In this document: one piece after another, positions 55,751-64,000 of the stretch | Position numbering within the stretch: position 1 is the stretch's first letter | Layout of the letters: each line of letters begins with the position of its first letter | DNA from: the human T2T-CHM13v2.0 reference genome, Homo sapiens | Assembly: GCF_009914755.1 (NCBI RefSeq) | Contig: NC_060933.1 | Strand: one strand, 5' to 3' | Length of the DNA: 64,000 bases | Position numbers and translations under genes: made by a program | The notes under the pieces: model-generated | Told to the model about the DNA's origin: nothing | The model's input: only the letters and a program-made list of their open reading frames with translations | Database searches by the model: none

Positions 55751-58700
55751 ATTCCATTCCATTCCATTCCTTTCCATTCAATTCCATTCCATTACAATTC
55801 GTTCCATTCCATTCTACTCCGTACCATTCCATTCCATTCCATACCATTCCATTCCATTCCATTCCATTCCATTCCATTCCATTCCATTACGGATGATTGC
55901 ATTCCATTGCATTCCATTCCATTCCATTCAATTCCATTCCGTTCCATTCCATTCCATTACATTCGGATTGATTCTATTCAACTCCCTTACTCTCCATTAC
56001 ATTCGATTCCATTCGGGTTGTTCCATTCCATTCCATTCCATTCCACTCCATTCCATTGCACTCGGGTTGATTCCATTCCATTCCATTGCATTCCGGAAGA
56101 TTCCATTCCATTACATTCCATTACATTCCATTCCCCTGCACTCGCGTTGATTCCATTCCATTCCATTCCATTCCATTCAATTCCATTCCTTTCCGTTCCA
56201 TTCCATTCCATTCCATTCCGTTCCGTTCCGTTCCGTTCCGTTCCATTCCATTCCATTCCATTCCATTCTATTCGGGTTAATTCCATTCCATTCCATTCGA
56301 TTGCAATCGAGTTGATTCCATTCCATTCCATTCCATTCCATTCCATTCCATTCCATTCCTTTCCATTCCATTACGGATGATTCCATTCCATTGCATTCCA
56401 TTCCATTCCATTCCCCTGTACTCGGGTTGATTCCATTCCATTCCATTCCAATCCATGCCATTCCACTCGTGTTGATTCCATTCTTTCCATTCCATTCAAG
56501 TTGAATCCATTCCATTGCATTCCATTCCATTCGATTCCATTCGATTGCACTCGGATTGATTCCATTCCATTGCACTCCATTCCATTCGATTTCATTCCAT
56601 TCCATTCCTTTCCATTCCATTCCATTCCATTCCATTCCATTGCAATCGAGTTGATTACATTCCATTCCTTTCAATTCCATTCCATTGCCTTGCATTCCAC
56701 TCTGGTTGATTCCATTCCCTTATTTCCACTCCATTACATTCCCTTCCATTCCACTCGGAATGATTGATTCCATTCGATTCCATTCCATTTTATTCCATTG
56801 CAATCCATTCCAATCCATTCCATTCCATTCCATTCCACTCGAGTTGATTTCATTCCATTCCTTTCCATTCCATTCCATTCTTTTCCACTCGAGTTGATTC
56901 CATTCCATTCCATTCCATTGCATTCCATTCCATGCCATTCCACTCGGGTTGATTCCATTCCATTCCATTCCATTCCATTCCATTCCATTCCATTGCATTC
57001 CATTCCATTCCTTTCCCCTGCACTCGGGTTGATTCCATTCCATTCCATTCCCTTTAATTCCATTCCATTCCATTCCATTCCATTCCAATCCGTTCCATTC
57101 CATTCCATTCTATTCCATTGCAATCGACTTGATTCCATTCCATTCCATTCCATTCCATTCCATTCCATTCCATTTTGTTCCAATCCATTCTATTCCGAAC
57201 CATTCCATTGCATTCCATTCCATTCCATTCCATTCCATTCCATTCCATGCCATTCCACTCGGGTTGATTCCATTCCTTTCCATTCCATTCGGGTAGAATC
57301 CAATCCACTCCATTCCATTCCTTTCGAATCCATTCCATTGCACTCGGGTTGATTCCATTCCATTCCATTCCATTCGATTCCATTCCATTCCATTCCATTC
57401 CGTTCGATTCCATTTCATTACATTCAGATTGATTCTATTCAATTCCCTTGCACTCCATTATATTCCAATCCATTCTGGTTGTTTCCATTCCATTCCATTC
57501 CATTTCACTCCATTCCATTGCACTCGGTTTGATTCCCTTCCATTCCATTCCATTCCATTCCGGATGATTCCATTCCATTGCATTCCATTCCATTCCATTC
57601 CCGTGCACTCAGGTTGATTCCATTCCATTCCATTCCACTTCATTCGGTTCCGTTACATTCCATTCTATTGCATTCCATTCTATTCGGGTTAATTCCATTC
57701 CATTCTGTTCCATTCCATTCCATTCCATTCCATTGCAATGGAGTTGATTCCATTCCATTCCATTCCATTCCGGATGATTCCATTCCATTGCATTCCATTC
57801 CATTCCATTCCCCTGCTCTCGTGTTGATTCCATTACCTTCCATTCCATTCCATTCCGTTCCATTCCATTGCATTCCATTCTATTCCTGTTAATTCCATTC
57901 CATTCCATTCCATTCCATTCCATTCCATTCCATTGCAATCGAGTTGTTTCCATTCCATTCCTTTCCATTCCATTCCATTGCCTTGCATTCCAATCGGGTT
58001 GATTCCATTCCCTTCTTTCCACTCCATTACATTCCCTTTCATTCCACTCGGAATGATTGATCCCATTCCATTCCATTCGATTTCATTCCGTTGCAATCCA
58101 TTCCAATCTATTCCATTCCATTCCATTCCACTCGAGTTGATTTCATTCCATTCCTTTCCATTCCATTCCATTCCTTTCCACTCGAGTTGATTCCATTCCA
58201 TTCCATTCCATTGCATTCCATTCCATGCCATTCCACTCGGGTTGATTCCATTCCTTTGCATTCCATTCCATTCCATTCCATTCCATTCCATTCCATTCCA
58301 TTCCGTTGCATTCCATTCCATTACATTCGGATTGATTCTATTCAACTCCCTTACTCTCCATTACATTCCATTCCATTCGGGTTATTCCATTCCATTCCAT
58401 TCCATTCCACTCCATTCCATTGCACTCGGGTTGATTCCATTCCATTCCATTCCATTCCATTCCATTCCATTCCGGATGATTCCATTCCATTGCATTCCGT
58501 TCCATTACATTCCCCCGCACTCGCGTTGATTCCATTCCATTCCATTCCATTCCGTTCAATTCCATTCCATTACAATTCGTTCCATTCCATTCTATTCCGT
58601 ACCATTCCATTCCATTCCATACCATTCCATTCCATTCCATTCCATTCCATTCCATTCCATTCCGTTCCATTCCGTTCCATTCCATTCCATTCCATTCTAT

Positions 58701-59639
58701 TCGGGTTAATTCCATTCCATTCCATTCTATTCCATTCCATTGCAATCGAGTTGAATCCATTGCATTTCATTCCATTCCATTCCATTGCATTCCATTCCGG
58801 AAGATTCCATTCCATTGCATTCCATTCCATTCCATCTCCCTGCACTCGCGTTGATTCCATTCCATTCCATTCCATTCCATTCCATTCCATTCCGTTCCGT
58901 TCCGTTTCGTTCCGTTCCGTTCCATTCCATTCCATTCCATTCCATTCCGTTCCGTTCCATTCCATTCCATTCCATTCTATTCGGGTTAATTCCATTCCAT
59001 TCCATTCGATTGCAATCGTGTTGATTCCATTCCATTCCATTCCATTCCATTCCATTCCATTCCATTCCATTCCTTTCCATTCCATTACGGATGATTCCAT
59101 TCCATTGCATTCCATTCCATTCCATTACCCTGTACTCGGGTTGATTCCATTCCATTGCATTCCAATCCATGCCCTTCCACTCGTGTTGATTCCATTCTTT
59201 CCATTCCATTCAAGTTGAATCCATTCCATTGCATTCCATTCCATTCGATTCCATTCGATTGCACACTGGTTGATTCCATTCCATTGCTTTCCATTCCATT
59301 CCATTCCATTCCATTCCATTCCGTTCCTTTCCATTCTATTACATTCGGATTGATTCTATTCAATTCCCTTACACTCCATTACATTCCATTCCATTCGGGT
59401 AGTTTCCATTCCATTCCATTCCATTCCTCTCCATTCCATTGCACTCGGGTTGATTCCATTCCATTGCATTCCGTTCCATTCCATTCCATTCAATTCCATT
59501 CCGTTCCATTCCATTCCATTACATTCGGATTGATTCTATTCAACTCCCTTAGTCTCCATTACATTCCATTCCATTCGGGTTGTTCCATTCCATTCCATTC
59601 CATTCCACTCCATTCCATTGCACTCGGGTTTATTCCATT

Positions 59640-61480
59640 CCATTCCATTCCATTCCATTCAATTCCATTCCATTCTGGAAGATTCCATTCCATTGCATTC
59701 CATTCCATTCCATTCCCCTGCACTCGCGTTGATTCCATTCCATTCTATTCCATTCCATTCCATTCCATTCCTTTCCGTTCCATTCCATTCCATTCCATTC
59801 CACTGCATTCCGTTCCGTTCCGTTCCATTCCATTCTATTCCATTCTATTCGGGTTAATTCCATTCCATTCCATTCGATTGCAATCGAGTTGATTCCATTC
59901 CATTCCATTCCATTCCATTCCATTCCATTCCATTCCATTCCATTCCATTCCTTTCCATTCCATTACGGATGATTCCATTCCATTGCATTCCATTCCATTC
60001 CATTCCCCTGTACTCGGGTTGATTCCATTCCATTCCATTCCAATCCATGCCATTCCACTCGTGTTGATTCCATTCTTTCCATTCCATTCAAGTTGCATCC
60101 ATTCCATTGCATTCCATTCCATTCCATTCCCCTGCAGTCAGGTTGATTCCATTCCATTCCATTCCATTCCATTCCATTCCATTCCATTCCAATCAATTCC
60201 ATTCCATTCCATTCCATTCCATTCCATTCCATTCCATTCCACTCCATTCCAGTCCTTTCCATTCCATTCCACTCGGGTTGATTCCAATGTATTCCTTTCC
60301 ATTCCTTTCCATTCCATTGCAATCGAGTTGATTCCATTGTTTTGCATTCCATTCCATTCGATTCCGGATGATTCCATTCCATTGCATTGCATTGCATTCC
60401 ATTCCCCTGCACTCGGGTTTATTCCATTCCATTCCACTCCATTCCGTTCCATTCCGTTCCATTGCATTCCATTCCATTGTATTCGGGTTAATTCCATTCC
60501 ATTCCATTCCATTCCACTCCATTCCATTGCACTCGGGTTGATTCCATTCCATTCCATTCCATTCCATTCAATTCCATTCCATTCTGGAAGATTCCATTCC
60601 ATTGCATTCCATTCCATTCCATTCCCCTGCACTCGCGTTGATTCCATTCCATTCCATTCCATTCCATTCCATTCCATTCCATTCCTTTCCGTTCCATTCC
60701 ATTCCATTCCATTCCATTCCATTCCATTCCATTCCGTTCCGTTCCGTTCCATTCCATTCTATTCCATTCTATTCGGGTTAATTCCATTCCATTCCATTCG
60801 ATTGCAATCGAGTTGATTCCATTCCATTCCATTCCATTCCATTCCATTCCATTCCATTCCATTCCTTTCCATTCCATTACGGATGATTCCATTCCATTGC
60901 ACTCCATTCCATTCCATTCCCCTGTACTCGGGTTGATTCCATTCCATTCCATTCCAATCCATGCCATTCCACTCGTGTTGATTCCATTCTTTCCATTCCA
61001 TTCAAGTTGAATCCATTCCATTGCATTCCATTCCATTCCATTCCCTTGCAGTCAGGTTGATTCCATTCCATTCCATTCCATTCCATTCCATTCCATTCCA
61101 TTCCGTTCCGTTCCATTCCATTCCATTCCTTTCTATTCGGGTTAATTCCATTCCATTCCATTCCATTCCATTCCATTCCATTCCAATCAATTTGATTCCA
61201 TTCCATTCCATTCCATTCCATTCCATTCCATTCCACTCCATTCCAGTCCTTTCCATTCCATTCCACTCGGGTTGATTCCAATGTATTCCTTTCCATTCCT
61301 TTCCATTCCATTGCAGTCGAGTTGATTCCATTGCTTTGCATTCCATTCCATTCCATTCCGGATGATTCCATTCCATTGCATTGCATTCCATTCCATTCCC
61401 CTGCACTCGGGTTGATTCCATTCCATTCCACTCCATTCCGTTCCATTCCATTCCATTCCATTGTATTCGGGTTATTTCCA
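59640..61480 (-). repeat. Tandem duplication, period about 0.91-0.99 kb
   Basis: ATTCAATTCCATTCCATTCTGGAAG at about 59657/60566; CAGTCAGGTTG at 60135/61049; CCAATGTATTCCTTTCCATTCCTTTCC at 60284/about 61278. Confidence 0.8.
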
Positions 61481-64000
61481 TTCCATTCCATTCCATTCCA
61501 TTCTATTCCATTCCATTACAATCGAGTTGATTCCATTCCATTCCATTCCATTCCATTCCAGTCCTTTCCATTCCATTCCACTCGGGTTGATTCCATTCTA
61601 TTAGTTACCATTCCATTCCATTCCCTTCCATTCCACTCTGGTTGCTTCCATTCCTTTCCATTCCACTCGAATACAATCCCTCCTATTCCACTCGGAACGA
61701 TTCCATTCCATTCCATTCCATTCCATTCCATTCCATTCCATTCCATTTCGTTCCATTCCATTCCATTCCGTATCATTCCATTCCATTCCATTCCATTCCA
61801 TTCCATTCCATTCCATTGTACTCGGGTTGATTCCATTCCATTGCATTCCATTCCATTCCATTCCATTCCATTCCATTCCGTTGCATTCCATTCCATTACA
61901 TTCGGATTGATTCTATTCAACTCCCTTACTCTCCATTACATTCCATTCCATTCGGGTTGTTCCATTCTATTCCATTCCATTCCACTCCATTCCATTGCAC
62001 TCGGGTTGATTCCATTCCATTCCATTCCGGATGATTCCATTCCATTGCATTCCGTTCCATTTCATTCCCCTGCACTCGCGTTGATTCCATTCCATTCCAT
62101 TCCATTACATTACATTCCATTCCATTACAATTCGCTCCATTCCATTCTATTCCGTACCATTCCATTCCATTCCATACCATTCCATTCCATTCCATTCCGT
62201 TCCATTCCGTTCCATTCCATTCCATTCCATTCTATTCGGATTAATTCCATTCCATTCCATTCCATTCCATTCTATTCCATTCCATTGCAATCGAGTTGAA
62301 TCCATTGCATTTCATTCCATTCCATTCCATTCCATTCCGGAAGATTCCATTCCATTGCATTCCGTTCCATTACATTCCCCTGCACTCGCGTTGATTCCAT
62401 TCCATTCCATTCCATTCCATTCCATTCAATTCCATTCCGTTCCGTTCCATTCCATTCCATTCCATTCCATTCCATTCCGTTCCGTTCCGTTCCGTTCCAT
62501 TCCATTCCATTCCATTCTATTCGGGTTAATTCCATTCCATTCCATTCGATTGCAATCGAGTTGATTCAATTCCATTCCATTCCATTCCATTCCATTCCGT
62601 TCCATTCCATTCCTTTCCATTCCATTACGGATGATTCCATTCCATTGCATTCCATTCCATTCCATTCCCCTGTACTCGGGTTGATTCCATTCCATTCCAT
62701 TCCAATCCATGCCATTCCACTCGTGTTGATTCCATTCTTTCCATTCCATTCAAGTTGAATCCATTCCGTTGCATTCCATTCCATTCGATTCCATTCGATT
62801 GCACTCGGGTTGATTCCATTCCATTGCATTCCATTCCATTCCATTCCATTCCATTCCATTCCATTCCATTCTTTTCCATTCCATTTCATTACATTCAGAT
62901 TGATTCTATTCAATTCCCTTACACTCCATTATATTCCAATCCATTCTGGTTGTTTCCATTCCATTCCATTCCATTTCACTCCATTCCATTTCACTCGGGT
63001 TGATTCCATTCTATTCCATTCCATTGCATTCCATTCCATTCCATTCTGGATGATTCCATTCCATTGCATTCCTTTCCATTCCATTCCCCTGCACTCGGGT
63101 TGATTCCATTCCATTCCTTTCCATTACATTCCGTTCCATTCCATTCCATTCCATTCGGATTGATTCTATTCAATTCCCTTACACTCCATTACATTCCATT
63201 CCATTTGGGTAGTTTCCTTTCCATTCCATTCCATTCCTCTCCATTCCATTGCACTCGGGTTGATTCCATTGCATTCCATTCCATTCCATTACATTGCATT
63301 ACATTACATTCCGTTCCATTGTACTCGGGTTGATTCCATTCCATTGCATTCCATTCCATTCCATTCCATTCCATTCCATTCCATTCCATTCCATTCCGTT
63401 CCATTCCATTACATTCGGATTGATTCTATTCAACTCCCTAACTCTCCATTCCATTCCATTCCATTCCATTCAATTCCATTCCGTTCCATTCCATTCCATT
63501 ACATTCGGATTGATTCTATTCAACTCCCTTACTCTCCATTACATTCGATTCCATTCGGGTTGTTGCATTCCATTCCATTCCATTCCACTCCATTCCATTG
63601 CACTCGGGTTGATTCCATTCCATTCCATTCCATTCCGGAATATTCCATTCCATTACATTCCATTACATTCCATTCCCCTGCACTCGTGTTGATTCCATTC
63701 CATTCCATTCCATTCCATTCCATTCAATTCCATTCCTTTCCGTTCCATTCCATTCCATTCCATTCCGTTCCGTTCCATTCCATTCCATTACATTCGGATT
63801 GATTCAATTCTATTCCCTTACACTCCATTACATTCCATTCCATTCGGGTAGTTTCCATTCCATTCCATTCCATTCCTCTCCTTTCCATTGCACTCGGGTT
63901 GATTCCATTCCATTGCATTCCATTCCATTCCATTCAATTCCATTCCGTTCCATTCCATTCCATTACATTCGGATTGATTCTATTCAACTCCCTTACTCTC

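Larger units (their letters stand above)
37704..64000 (-). repeat. Human Satellite 3-type array in inverted orientation ((ATTCC)n on +, GGAAT on -)
   Basis: Continuous ATTCC runs carrying the reverse complements of the same words (ACTCGGGTTG, GCAATCGAGTTG, CCCCTGCACTCGCGTTG, CGGATTGATTCTATTCAACTCCCTTACTCTCC) to the end of the window. Confidence 0.97.

Noticed and set aside
10-63933. Hundreds of ORFs (up to 375 aa) in all six frames
   Set aside because: A 5-bp repeat without stop codons gives MEWNG or IPFHS in every frame. The ORFs overlap in all frames, have no domain-like content, and end at variant words, so they are not genes.
1-64000. Assignment as HSat2, telomeric repeat, GGAA microsatellite or a SCA31-type expansion
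   Set aside because: It lacks the dominant CATTCGATTC/GATGATTCC-type HSat2 composition, TTAGGG runs and tetramer GGAA runs. Pure pentamer runs are short (about 12 units or fewer) and embedded in tens of kb of satellite.
1-64000. Specific chromosome or HSat3 subfamily assignment
   Set aside because: This requires k-mer comparison with reference arrays and cannot be supported by eye.

Overview
The whole 64-kb window is pentameric (GGAAT)n/(ATTCC)n satellite interspersed with diverged words such as CAACCCGAGT, CAACTCGATT and CAACGCGAGT. This is the signature of human (or great-ape) Satellite 3 (HSat3/SatIII) pericentromeric heterochromatin; the chromosome and subfamily cannot be assigned from sequence alone. 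I saw no genes, RNA genes or transposon insertions, and all listed ORFs are MEWNG/IPFHS reading-frame artefacts of the pentamer. The main structural feature is a single strand-switch (inversion) junction at about 37,700: GGAAT is on the + strand to the left and ATTCC to the right. The junction has a 5-bp microhomology (CGAGT), forms a 28-bp near-perfect palindrome, and has small rearrangements on both sides. The array has a layered history of local tandem duplications (about 1.26, 3.2 and 7.3 kb with a nested 444 bp on the left; about 0.5, 3.9 and 0.9-1.0 kb on the right), plus a roughly 1.2-kb inverted repeat spanning the junction. A recurring variant word, GGAATCTTCCGGAAT, is a perfect canonical heat-shock element. 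Duplication boundaries were traced by eye from diagnostic variants and are approximate.
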